Below are positions 8,914 through 18,067 of a DNA stretch of 64,000 nt, piece after piece (the stretch's first letter is position 1; each line of letters opens with the position of its first letter). The notes under the pieces were generated by a model that was not told where the DNA came from, ran no database searches, and worked only from the letters and a program-made list of their open reading frames with translations. A program made the position numbers and the translations under genes. Source of the DNA: an uncultured Acidobacteriota bacterium (GTDB lineage Bacteria > Acidobacteriota > Thermoanaerobaculia > Multivoradales > UBA5704); NCBI GenBank assembly GCA_963700145.1, contig OY969474.1, positions 352,001 through 416,000 on the forward strand, given 5' to 3'.

Positions 8914-10617
8914 CTACGGCACCTTGCGGAAGCGGAAGCCGTCGGCGCCGCCGCTGTCGAGGCGGAAGCCGGTGACGCGGCCGCCGGTGTCGCGCTCGAA
9001 CTGGAAGGTCAGGACGAACCACTCGGTCGGCAGGACGAAGCGGTCGGGCCCGGCGGCCAGCAGCTCGCCGGCCGGCTGGATCTTGGTGCGCAGGTGGAGC
9101 GCGCCACCCTCGACGACCAGCTCGTACGGGTTGTCCAGCTCGTCGTCGAGGTAGCGGCCGGCGAAGGCGGCGAGCTCGGCCGGGGCCGGGCCGCCGCCGA
9201 GCGGCTCGTAGCGCGCGGTCTCGCCCCCCTCCTCGAAGAGGCGGACGAGCTTGCCGCCGGCCGGGCGGTCCTCGAAGACGATCCGCCAGTCGAGCGCCGG
9301 GCGGACGGTCCAGAACTCCGCCGGACCGCTCGCCGCGAGCTCCAGCCGCGTGCCGGCGGCGTGCACGACGAGCCCGGACTCCTCGGCGCGCACGTTCCAG
9401 ACCGTGCCGGTGGCCGGGTTCTGGTAATCGCCGGCGAAGACGCGCAGCGCCGCGGGCGGGAGCCGCAGCGGCGTGCGTGCCGGCGTGGGCCCGGCGACGC
9501 GCAGCGGCGCGGGCCGCTCGCCCAGCACCAGGTCCGCCACCGTGCGCGAGAGGAGGCGCGAGTCGATCGTGCCGTTGCAGAGGCAGAAGACCGACAGGTG
9601 CTCGGCGGGGAAGCGGACGACGTCGGCGACGTAGCCGGGGCCGCGGCCGGCGTGCCACTGGATCGGCCGGCCGCGGTGCTCGTCGAGGAAGATGCCGAAG
9701 CCGTAGGTGCCCGGCGTGCCGTCGGCGGCCGCCACCGGCGTCACCGCTTGCGCGACCAGCTCCGGCCGGGCACGCCCGAGCCGGTTGGCGTAGAAGTTCT
9801 CGTCCCAGCGCAGCAGGTCGGCGAGGGTCGTCCAGACGCCGCCGCTGCCGGCGAGCGGCGGCACGTGCGCGCCGCGGAAGCCGGTGGCCAGGTCGCCGGT
9901 GTAGGGCGTCGCGCGCCCGGGGATCACGCGCTCGAAGCCCTCACTGAGCTCCGAGCGCGTCATCCCGAGCGGCGCGAAGAGGCGCTCGGCGGCGAGGTCG
10001 CGGATGGGCTTCCCCGCCGCGCGCTCGGCGATCACCCGCAGCAGCACGTAGTTGGTGTTGCTGTACTCGAAGCGCTCGCCCGGTGGGAACTGGAGCCCCT
10101 TCTGCCGCGCGACGAGCGCCAGCACGGGCGCCAGCTCGAGGTAATTCGGCGCGAAGCCGGCGAGGAAGCGCAGCGCCTGGTAGTCGCGCAGGCCGCTGGT
10201 GTGGTGGACGAGCTGCCGGATGCTGATCGGCCGCTCGTAGGCGGGCATCTCCGGCAGGTGCTTGCGGATGTCGTCGTCGAGCCCGAGCTTCCCCTCCTCG
10301 GCGAGGAGGGCCACGAGCATGGCGGTGAACTGCTTGGAGACCGAGCCTACGGGGAAGACCGTCTCCGGCGTGTTGCGTGCGCGGCGGTCGAGGCTCGCCA
10401 TGCCGTAGCCCCGCTGGTAGACGAGCGCCCCGTCCTTGGCGACGCCGAGGACGCACCCCGGCGTGTCCGGCCGGTCCCAGTCGGCGAAGAGGGCGTCGAT
10501 GCGGGCGGTCAGCTCGGGCGCGAGCGGCGCCGGCGCCGGCGGCGCGGCGGCGGCCGGAAGGGCGGCGAGCGCGCAGAGCGCGAACACAGCCGACACGACG
10601 AGGTGGCCTGCGGGCAT
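8914..10617 (-). CDS. Serine hydrolase, beta-lactamase family, with C-terminal beta domains
   Basis: Signal peptide; GSVSKQF (SxxK), YSNTNY and HAG motifs. Confidence 0.88.
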   Translation of the reverse strand: MPAGHLVVSAVFALCALAALPAAAAPPAPAPLAPELTARIDALFADWDRPDTPGCVLGVAKDGALVYQRGYGMASLDRRARNTPETVFPVGSVSKQFTAMLVALLAEEGKLGLDDDIRKHLPEMPAYERPISIRQLVHHTSGLRDYQALRFLAGFAPNYLELAPVLALVARQKGLQFPPGERFEYSNTNYVLLRVIAERAAGKPIRDLAAERLFAPLGMTRSELSEGFERVIPGRATPYTGDLATGFRGAHVPPLAGSGGVWTTLADLLRWDENFYANRLGRARPELVAQAVTPVAAADGTPGTYGFGIFLDEHRGRPIQWHAGRGPGYVADVVRFPAEHLSVFCLCNGTIDSRLLSRTVADLVLGERPAPLRVAGPTPARTPLRLPPAALRVFAGDYQNPATGTVWNVRAEESGLVVHAAGTRLELAASGPAEFWTVRPALDWRIVFEDRPAGGKLVRLFEEGGETARYEPLGGGPAPAELAAFAGRYLDDELDNPYELVVEGGALHLRTKIQPAGELLAAGPDRFVLPTEWFVLTFQFERDTGGRVTGFRLDSGGADGFRFRKVP

Positions 10618-10697
10618 GGGATCCTCCTAAGGGCTGGAGGCTATACGGACAAGGAGAGGTCCGGGGCCCAACGAATGCCAACCGAGCAGCCCGAAGG

Positions 10698-11183
10698 TCA
10701 AGCCTCCTGTGAAGGAGTTTCCTCCGGAGGCTGTCGCAGCGAAGGCGGCGGGGCATGCTGGCTGAGAAGCAGCAGGAAGAGGCGGGTGACTCGGGAGATC
10801 GCACGTCCGGCTTCAGCGGAGGCCTGCTCCATCTCCCAGCGGAGAGCCGCTTCCCGATCCGACTCTGGCAGGTCGTCCTCCTCGGCCTCAGCTCGCGGGC
10901 TGGCCGCTCGTGCCCCGTCGAGGGGCAGAGGACCGAGCGCCGCGAGCGCCGAGTCGGAACGTAGGGTTGCGATGAAGTGTTGTGCGCGGTCGAGAGCCGA
11001 GAGCGGGTATCCCATGGCGTCGACGAGGCGCTGGAGAGTGTTCAGCTCCGGCAGCTTCTTGCCGCGCTCGTAGTCGGAGATCGCGCTGTTACGTACCCCC
11101 GCCGCCCGCGCGAGGTCGTCCTGGTTCCACCCGCGTACCACACGCAGGATGGTCAGGGCCAGGCTTAGCTCGGCGTGGGCCAT
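10698..11183 (-). CDS. XRE-family helix-turn-helix transcriptional regulator
   Basis: 'LRVVRGWNQDDLARAAGVRNSAISDYERGKKLP' HTH_3 pattern. Confidence 0.85.
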   Translation of the reverse strand: MAHAELSLALTILRVVRGWNQDDLARAAGVRNSAISDYERGKKLPELNTLQRLVDAMGYPLSALDRAQHFIATLRSDSALAALGPLPLDGARAASPRAEAEEDDLPESDREAALRWEMEQASAEAGRAISRVTRLFLLLLSQHAPPPSLRQPPEETPSQEA

Positions 11184-11236
11184 TCAAAACGATTCTAGCT
11201 CCGGTGTTGCCTGGTAGGGCCGTCAGGCAGCTGGTA

Positions 11237-11265
11237 TTGACACCTAGACTACATCGATGTATCTT
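11237..11265 (+). promoter_or_regulatory. Sigma70-type promoter with a palindromic operator
   Basis: TTGACA(11237)-17 bp-TATCTT(11260); the perfect palindrome TACATCGATGTA (11250-11261) overlaps the spacer and -10. Confidence 0.65.
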
Positions 11266-11309
11266 CGAGTGAGCACAGATCGCTCAATTTGCACCAAGGA
11301 GGAGATTTT

Positions 11310-11702
11310 ATGGCCAGCTCTGCATACCCCTTGCCCCAGCCCGAGTTCTTCTTGGTAAGCGATGGCATGAGTGGGTGCTACGATCGTTGTCTCTCAGAGC
11401 ACTCGGAGATGGGTGAACGTTTCCTAGCAACGATGGGCCCGCAGGGCCGGCTCATCTTTCCCGAAGCGCTGCAGAAGCGGCTCGGCTGGCCTCCCGGCGA
11501 AACCGTGGTCATGACTCTCGAGGCGGATGGCACCGTGAGCCTGGTGGGGGGTTCCCGCGAGGCATCTCCGCCGCAGACGCCAGCCGAAGAGTGGAAGGAC
11601 GGGTTGCGCGCATCGGCGGGGATGTGGCGTGATCGGGAGGACCTGCCCGACCTCGAGCAGCTACGAAGCGAGTGGGATCGAGACGGCGACCACGAGAGCT
11701 GA
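11310..11702 (+). CDS. AbrB/MazE/SpoVT-type antitoxin (VapB-like); alternative start at 11409
   Basis: 'MGPQGRLIFPEALQKRLGWPPGETV' AbrB pattern; directly upstream of a PIN toxin; strong RBS before 11310. Confidence 0.75.
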   Translation: MASSAYPLPQPEFFLVSDGMSGCYDRCLSEHSEMGERFLATMGPQGRLIFPEALQKRLGWPPGETVVMTLEADGTVSLVGGSREASPPQTPAEEWKDGLRASAGMWRDREDLPDLEQLRSEWDRDGDHES

Positions 11703-11709
11703 GGCGGTT

Positions 11710-12084
11710 ATGGACGCGCCGCTGCTTCTCGACACGAGTGTCCTCATCGAGCACCTGCGCAGCCGGCCGGGTGCTGCCGAATTCATCGACAGCTTGTCTT
11801 CCAAGCCGCTGATCTCCGTCGTGAGTGTGGCCGAGGTGTTCGCGGGCGCGAAAGCCGATGAGGAGGATCGCCGACGGCTCGATCACTTCCTCAGCAGCTT
11901 CGAGATCATCCCGCTTACCTCGGATGTCGCACGTACAGCAGGTCTCTTCCGCCGAGATCATGAGATTCGCTTGCCCGACGCGATCATCGCCGCGACAGCC
12001 GAGGCTCATGGCGCCGTCCTGATGACCTTCAACCTCCGTGATTTCGAGATGCTGGAGCGAGCGCAAGAGCCGTACTCGCGCTGA
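11710..12084 (+). CDS. vapC: PIN-domain toxin (VapC family)
   Basis: LLDTSVLI, SVAEV, PDAIIAATA and TFNLRDF motifs. Confidence 0.9.
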   Translation: MDAPLLLDTSVLIEHLRSRPGAAEFIDSLSSKPLISVVSVAEVFAGAKADEEDRRRLDHFLSSFEIIPLTSDVARTAGLFRRDHEIRLPDAIIAATAEAHGAVLMTFNLRDFEMLERAQEPYSR

Positions 12085-12167
12085 AAACAGGCGCGGCCCG
12101 GCGCCGCAAAGCCCCAGCTCGTCCAGCCGCCGAGCTCCGCCCGAACCCAGCGCGCTAGCATGCGTCC

Positions 12168-13058
12168 ATGCCCGCGCGCGCGCCGAAGCTCGACGACGAG
12201 GTCCGCGACCTCTATCAGGGCCCGCTCGGCGAGTTCACCGCCGGCCGCCAGGCGCTGGCCAAGCGGCTGCGCCAGGCCGGGGACGCGCGCGCCGCGGAGG
12301 TGGCGGGGTTGCCCAAGCCGCCGCTCTCGGCCTGGGCGGTGAACCGGCTCTTCGCGGGCGAGCCGAAGGGGGTGGCGGCGCTGGTCGGCGCGGGAGAGCG
12401 GGCGCGCGCCGCGCAGCGGAAGGTGGTGGCGAAGGGCGATCCGGCGGCGCTGCGGCAGGCGATCGAGGCGGCGCGGGCCGAGGTCGAGCGGCTGACCGCG
12501 CGCGGCGCTGCGATCCTGACCGAGGCCGACCGGACGCCCGGCGAGGCGATCGTCGAGCGCCTGCGCACCAACCTCGAAGCGCTCGCCTTCAACCCGGCGG
12601 CGGCGCCGGTCGCGGAGCGCGGCTGGCTCGACGAGGACCTCGAGCCGCCCGGCTTCGAGGTGCTGGCCGGGCTCCAGCTCGCGGCGGCCGGTGGGCGCCC
12701 GGCGCCGGCGGCGAAGGCGCCGCCTGCCGCGGCGAAGACGCCGCTTGCGAAGCCGGCGGGCAAGAAGGCCACCGTCCACGGCTTCGAGGAGGGCCGGCGC
12801 GCGGCGGTGGCGCGGCGGGAGCGGGCGGCGCAAGAGGAGACGGAGCGCCGCGAGCGGGCGCGCGAGGCGGTGGCGCGGCGGGAGCGGATCGACCAGGCGA
12901 AGACCGAGCTGCGGCGCGCCGAGACCGAGGTCGACGCCCGCCGCCGCGAGAGCGAGCGCGCCGACCGCGCCGCCGAGGAAGCCCGCGCCAAGCTCGAGCG
13001 CGCCCGCGAAGCCGCGGCGCGGGCGCGCGCGGCACTGGAAGAAGCCGAGCGCTCGTAG
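12168..13058 (+). CDS. Conserved hypothetical protein with a C-terminal coiled coil
   Basis: 'LYQGPLGEFTAGRQALAKRLR...KPPLSAWAVN' resembles a widespread uncharacterised family; Ala/Glu/Arg-rich tail; TAGCAT-N6-ATG. Confidence 0.65.
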   Translation: MPARAPKLDDEVRDLYQGPLGEFTAGRQALAKRLRQAGDARAAEVAGLPKPPLSAWAVNRLFAGEPKGVAALVGAGERARAAQRKVVAKGDPAALRQAIEAARAEVERLTARGAAILTEADRTPGEAIVERLRTNLEALAFNPAAAPVAERGWLDEDLEPPGFEVLAGLQLAAAGGRPAPAAKAPPAAAKTPLAKPAGKKATVHGFEEGRRAAVARRERAAQEETERRERAREAVARRERIDQAKTELRRAETEVDARRRESERADRAAEEARAKLERAREAAARARAALEEAERS

Positions 13059-13150
13059 CCGGCGGCCGGCCGCTCAGGGGTCCGGGCAGCAGTGGCAGAG
13101 CGGCCGGCTGCGCGACACGGTCGCCGCGGGTCGGGACACTACTTGTGTAA

Positions 13151-13753
13151 GTGATCATTCCCGCCGCTCCCGAGATTCCACCGCCGCCTGACGAGGTCAC
13201 GCGGCTCCTGCGCGCCTGGGGCGATGGCGATCGCGGCGCGCTCGACCGGCTGATGCCGCGGGTCTACGACGAGCTCCGCCGCGTCGCCGGCCGTTACCTC
13301 CGCCACGAGCGGCCGGACCATACGCTCCAGCCCACAGCTCTGGTGCACGAGGCCTACCTGCGCCTGATCGGCGCCGAGCGCCCGCAGTGGCGCGACCGCA
13401 TCCATTTCTACGCCGTCGCGGCGCAGGTGATGCGCCGGATCCTGGTCGACCATGCCCGCGCCCACCAGGCCGACAAGCGTGGCGGGGGCGCGCGCCGGGT
13501 GCCGCTCGACGAGGGGATCGATGCGGGGGTCGAGCGGGCGGCCGATCTGGTTGCGCTCGACGATGCGCTCGCGGCGCTCGCGGCGATCGACGCGCGCAAG
13601 GCGCGGATCGTCGAGCTGCACCACTTCGCCGGCCTGACCGTCGCCGAGACTGCCGAGGTGCTCGACCTCTCGGTCTCGACGATCGTGCTGGAGGCCCGGC
13701 TCGCGCGCGCCTGGCTGGCCGCGGCGCTGCTGCGCGCGCCGGTGCGGAGCTGA
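13151..13753 (+). CDS. ECF sigma factor of the kinase-associated type (TIGR02999/ECF43-like)
   Basis: 'VTRLL..W..GD..A.D.L...VYDELRR.A', 'TLQPTALVHEAYLRL' and 'KRGGG' motifs. Confidence 0.9.
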   Translation: MIIPAAPEIPPPPDEVTRLLRAWGDGDRGALDRLMPRVYDELRRVAGRYLRHERPDHTLQPTALVHEAYLRLIGAERPQWRDRIHFYAVAAQVMRRILVDHARAHQADKRGGGARRVPLDEGIDAGVERAADLVALDDALAALAAIDARKARIVELHHFAGLTVAETAEVLDLSVSTIVLEARLARAWLAAALLRAPVRS

Positions 13754-13758
13754 CGGGC

Positions 13759-16164
13759 GTGCGCTCGCCCCTCGATGCCGACCTCTGGCCGCGCGCCGAG
13801 GCCGCGCTGCGGGCGGTGATCGCGGAGCCGGACGCCGACCGGCAGGCGGCGCTCGCCGCCGCCTGCGGCGACGACGCCGAGCTCCGGGCCGCGGTCGAAG
13901 AGCTGCTCGCCGCGGACGTCCAGGCGGAGCGGCTGATCGCCGAGACCGTCGCCGCCGGCGCCCGCCTGCTCGCCGACGGCGCCGCGCTCGGCCGTCAGAT
14001 CGGCCCGTATCGGCTGGAGGGGGAGCTCGGCCGCGGCGGCACGAGCACCGTCTATCTCGCGCGCCGCGACGGCAGGCCGCCGGTCGCGCTCAAGCTGCTC
14101 GACCGCAGCGGGCGCGAGGTGGTGGCGCGCTTCGAGGCGGAGCGGCGCGCGCTCGCCGCGCTCGACCACCCGGACATCGCCCGCCTGCTCGACGTCGGCG
14201 TCGCCGAGGACGGCCGGCCGTTCGTCGCCCTCGAGCGGGTCGAGGGGCTGCCCATCGACGCCTGGTGCGCCGCCCGCGGCCTCGATCTCGCGGCGCGGGT
14301 GCGCCTGTTCCGGCGCGTCTGCGCCGCCGTCCACGCCGCCCACCAGCGGCTGGTCGTCCATCGCGACCTCAAGCCGAGCAATGTCCTGGTGACCGCGGAC
14401 GGCGCGCCGAAGCTGCTCGACTTCGGCCTCGCCAAGCTGCTCGGCGCCGAGGTGGAGGCGACCGCCACCGCGTGGCGCGCCCTCACCCCCGCCTACGCGA
14501 GCCCGGAGCAGGTGCGCGGCGAGCCGGTGACCACGGCGACCGACGTCTACTCGCTGGGCGTGGTGCTGTTCGAGCTCGCGACCGGCCGCCGGCCCATCCG
14601 CGTCGAGGGGCTGACGCCGACCGAGGCGGAGCGCGTGATCGCCGAGGAGCCGCCGGATTTCTCCGTCGGCGGGAGCGGCAGCCGCACCGGCGCTCGCCTC
14701 CCGGCGGACCTCGAGAACATCCTGCGCAAGGCGCTGCGCAAGGAGCCGGGACGCCGCTACGGCTCGGTCGAGCAGCTCTCCGAGGACCTCGGGCGGTTCC
14801 TCGACGGCCGGCCGGTCATCGCCCGCCCGGACACCTGGGCCTACCGGACCGGCAAGTTCGTCCGCCGCCACGGTTGGGCGGTGGCGGCGGCGGCCGGGTT
14901 TCTCGCCTTGATCGTCGCCTTCGCCGTCGCGACCGCCGTCCAGGCGCGCCGCATCGAGCGCGAGCGCGACCGCGCGGAGCGCACCGCCGCGCTCCTGGTC
15001 GAGCTCTTCGAGGTCGCCGATCCGAGCGAGTCGCGCGGCGCCTCGGTCACCGCCCGCGAGATCCTCGACCGCGGCGCCGAGCGTCTGGCGCACGAGCTCG
15101 CCGACGAGCCCGAGCTGCGCGCCGACCTGCAGGAGACGATCGGCGGCGTCTACCAGAACCTCGGACTCCACCACAGTGCCGAGCCGCTGCTCGCGGCGTC
15201 GCTCGCGACGCGCCGCCAGATCTTCCGCGGCGACCACCTGGACGTGGCGAGCGGCCTGAACGGGCTCGCGGTCGCGCGCGCGCTGGCGGGCGACTTCGCC
15301 GCCGCCGAGCCGCTCTTCCGCGAGGCGCTGGCGATGCGCGAGCGGCTGTTGCCGGCCGACGATCCGCTGGTCGTCGCGAGCCTCAACAACCTGGCGCTCG
15401 TGCTCCACGACCGCGGCGACCTGGCGGCGGCCGAGGCGCTCTACCGCCGGGCTGTCGCGCTCGATCGCCGGAGCGCCGATCCCGACGGCGCCGCCACGCT
15501 GAACCTCGGCCTGCTGCTGGTCGACCGCGGCGAGTACCGTGCCGCCGAGGCCCTGATCCGTCCCCGGCTCGCGGCGACCCTCGAGCGCTACGGCGAGCGC
15601 CACCCGCAGACCGCCGCCGATCTCCGCATTCTCGGGCTCGCCGTCGAAGGGCAGGGACGCCGCCGCCAGGCGGAGGCGGTGTACCGGCGCGCGCTGGCGA
15701 TCGATCGCGCGCTCCAGCCCGGCGAGCACCTCGACCTGGCGCGCGACCTCCATCTGCTCGGCGCGCTGTACCTCGAGCGGGGCGACCTGGCGGGCGCCGC
15801 ACCGCTCCTCGCGCGCGCCGCGGCGATCCGCGGGCGCTTCCTCCGCGATCCCCATCCGGAGCTGGCGGCGACCTGGGAGCGCCAGGGACGGCTGGCGCTC
15901 GCCGCGGGCGACCTCGGCGGCGCGGAGGCCCGCCTCTCCCGGGCCCTCGCGGCGTTCCGCGGCACGCTGCCCGCCGGCCACCCGTCGATCGGCGAGGCGC
16001 TGGTGCCGCTCGCCGAGCTGCGCGTTCGCCAGGGGCGGTGCGCGGAGGCGCAGGCGCTCGCGGCGGAGGCGGTGGGCGCGCTCCGCGGCAAGCTGCTCGC
16101 GGCCGACCGCCGCTTCGCGCGGGCCGAAGCGGCGGTCGCGGCGGCAGCCGGGTGCCGCCCCTGA
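13759..16164 (+). CDS. Hanks-type Ser/Thr protein kinase with a TM helix and extracytoplasmic TPR repeats
   Basis: GRGG, VALK, HRDLKPSN, DFG and YASPEQ motifs; a TM segment followed by TPR repeats. Confidence 0.92.
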   Translation: MRSPLDADLWPRAEAALRAVIAEPDADRQAALAAACGDDAELRAAVEELLAADVQAERLIAETVAAGARLLADGAALGRQIGPYRLEGELGRGGTSTVYLARRDGRPPVALKLLDRSGREVVARFEAERRALAALDHPDIARLLDVGVAEDGRPFVALERVEGLPIDAWCAARGLDLAARVRLFRRVCAAVHAAHQRLVVHRDLKPSNVLVTADGAPKLLDFGLAKLLGAEVEATATAWRALTPAYASPEQVRGEPVTTATDVYSLGVVLFELATGRRPIRVEGLTPTEAERVIAEEPPDFSVGGSGSRTGARLPADLENILRKALRKEPGRRYGSVEQLSEDLGRFLDGRPVIARPDTWAYRTGKFVRRHGWAVAAAAGFLALIVAFAVATAVQARRIERERDRAERTAALLVELFEVADPSESRGASVTAREILDRGAERLAHELADEPELRADLQETIGGVYQNLGLHHSAEPLLAASLATRRQIFRGDHLDVASGLNGLAVARALAGDFAAAEPLFREALAMRERLLPADDPLVVASLNNLALVLHDRGDLAAAEALYRRAVALDRRSADPDGAATLNLGLLLVDRGEYRAAEALIRPRLAATLERYGERHPQTAADLRILGLAVEGQGRRRQAEAVYRRALAIDRALQPGEHLDLARDLHLLGALYLERGDLAGAAPLLARAAAIRGRFLRDPHPELAATWERQGRLALAAGDLGGAEARLSRALAAFRGTLPAGHPSIGEALVPLAELRVRQGRCAEAQALAAEAVGALRGKLLAADRRFARAEAAVAAAAGCRP

Positions 16165-16184
16165 AGGCTGGTGAGCGCCGCGCC

Positions 16185-17960
16185 CTATTCCTCCGGCACC
16201 TCCTCCTCGAAGATCCCCCACTCGACCAGCGGATCGCCGATGACGTGGATACCGTCGAAGCCGCCGTTCGTGGTGTCGACCCGGCCGCTCAGGTTGATCG
16301 CGGCGCCGAAGAGGACCAACGGGTCCTCGTAGGTGAACGAGGTGGCGCCGAAGCGGAGCCCCGCGAACGGCTGGCCCGCGGCGTTGGTCCGGTTCACGCC
16401 CGGATGGTCGAAGAAGCGGAACCAGTAGGGCCCGGCGTTGGCGGCGCCGTCGTTGAGCCAGGTCGTATAGCCCGGCCAGTAGAACGTCGGATCGGCGCGG
16501 ACCAGCGGCGAGACCTTGCGCACGAAGCTCTGGGCGGCGACGGTTACCGCGAAGCCCGGACCCGGCTCGAGGCCGTTGGCGCCGGTCAGCTCCTCGCCCC
16601 AGGTCTTCTTGGGCGCGGACGGCGCCGTGGCGTGCTCGCCCCCCTGGCGCATGGTCCAGCCGACCAGGCCGGAGATGCAGGAGGTGATGCGCATCGAGCC
16701 GGCGAACACCCCCGCCGCCGGGTAGTTGGGCGAGGCGGGCAGACCGGGACCGATGCGCGCCATGAACCCGCGCGGGAAGCTGGCGAAGCTGTCGGAGCCG
16801 AGCGCTGCGCCGTTGCGGTCGAAGTAGCGGACAGTGACCGGTCCGACGTTGGAGGTGGTCGGATTGAGCAGCCCCACCATGGTCTCGACCCCCGGATCCA
16901 GGACCTCGAAGGTCAGCTCCGGATTGATCAGCTTCGGCGAGTGGGTGTTGGCGAGCATCGCCGAGCCCATGCGGAAGCGCTCGCCCACGGCGAGCCCGGT
17001 GCCGCGGAAGAGGTCGACCATGAGCGCCTCGCCGATGATCGGCTGGTTGGCGGTCACGACGAGGCGGAAGTCTTCGTCGAACGCCCCCGGTGGGCTCAGG
17101 TAGGCGGGGATCAGCGCGTTCCAGAGCGTCTGGTCGAGCAGCGAGCCGAACGCCGGCAGGGTCACCGTGAACGGCCCGAAGAGGATGCCGCTGGGGATCG
17201 AGGTGTAGCGCAGGGTCAAGGTGGTCGGCGACGGGTTGGGGTTGGCGATCGCGACGAGCGGCGCGTTGCCGGTCAGGAAGTCGAGCGGCGCGGTGTTCGA
17301 CGCCGGCAGCGGCCCGAACCAGAGGGTGGTCTTGCCCGCCTGGACCATCTGGAGCTGCTGCAGCGAGTTGAGGCCGAGGTTCGCGAACTCGGGGTCGGTG
17401 AGGAACGGCCCGCCGAAGCTCGAGAGGTCGACCGAGTTGGCGTGGTGGACGGTCTCGCCGACGATCGGCAGGTTGTGTCCGATGACCCGAGCCGCGCCGA
17501 GGCCCGGCGTCGCGCCCCCGGTGAGCGCCGTCGCGGGCACCACGCGGGTGGCCTCCGGCCCGAGGGTGAAGAAGGGCGCGGCGAGCAGGTTACCCACCTG
17601 GTCGTAGAACTCGACCGTGACGCCGGTCGACAGGGTGGGGTTGGGATTGGTCACCACCACCGCGCTCTGGAAGCTCGCAAGCTCGGACGGGGAGGGCGGG
17701 AACCAGAACAGCCCGGCGGCGAACTTCTCGGCGGCCAGCCGTCCCTGCAGGTTGGTCCCCGAGTGCACGAAGAAGTAGTCGGGCTGGCTCCCGAAGTCGT
17801 CCGGTGGCCGGGCGGTGACGCCGCTGGGTATGGGCTGCGGCTGGGCGAGGCAGAACTGGGGCGCGGGCTGGGCCTGGATCGCCCAGGCATCCGCGGCGAG
17901 CGCCAGGGCGGCGGCGAGCGCGAGCGCGGTGCGGTTGAGGATTCGCCACGTTGAATGCAT
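16185..17960 (-). CDS. Secreted hypothetical protein with about four internal beta-rich repeats
   Basis: AGGAGAG RBS; signal peptide; recurring 'xxNPxxx..V.VxFxDxxG' units. Confidence 0.7.
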   Translation of the reverse strand: MHSTWRILNRTALALAAALALAADAWAIQAQPAPQFCLAQPQPIPSGVTARPPDDFGSQPDYFFVHSGTNLQGRLAAEKFAAGLFWFPPSPSELASFQSAVVVTNPNPTLSTGVTVEFYDQVGNLLAAPFFTLGPEATRVVPATALTGGATPGLGAARVIGHNLPIVGETVHHANSVDLSSFGGPFLTDPEFANLGLNSLQQLQMVQAGKTTLWFGPLPASNTAPLDFLTGNAPLVAIANPNPSPTTLTLRYTSIPSGILFGPFTVTLPAFGSLLDQTLWNALIPAYLSPPGAFDEDFRLVVTANQPIIGEALMVDLFRGTGLAVGERFRMGSAMLANTHSPKLINPELTFEVLDPGVETMVGLLNPTTSNVGPVTVRYFDRNGAALGSDSFASFPRGFMARIGPGLPASPNYPAAGVFAGSMRITSCISGLVGWTMRQGGEHATAPSAPKKTWGEELTGANGLEPGPGFAVTVAAQSFVRKVSPLVRADPTFYWPGYTTWLNDGAANAGPYWFRFFDHPGVNRTNAAGQPFAGLRFGATSFTYEDPLVLFGAAINLSGRVDTTNGGFDGIHVIGDPLVEWGIFEEEVPEE

Positions 17961-18067
17961 GTCCTCTCTCCTTTGTCGGACGGCGGCGGCGCCCGCCGAC
18001 GGGCGCTGCCCTATCCAGCAAAAGCGAGAAAGGGAACGGAAGATGACGACGCAGAGGCGGCCCGACG

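Noticed and set aside
4096-10617. Antibiotic-resistance beta-lactamases
   Set aside because: Long SxxK hydrolases with C-terminal extensions are generally peptidases or esterases; nothing here supports resistance
12168-13058. Transposase
   Set aside because: No DDE or HUH motifs, terminal inverted repeats or target duplications seen
13408-17954. 937-aa (-) and 1229-aa (+) ORFs
   Set aside because: They overlap the motif-bearing kinase and secreted-protein genes and have Arg/Pro/Gly-rich shadow composition
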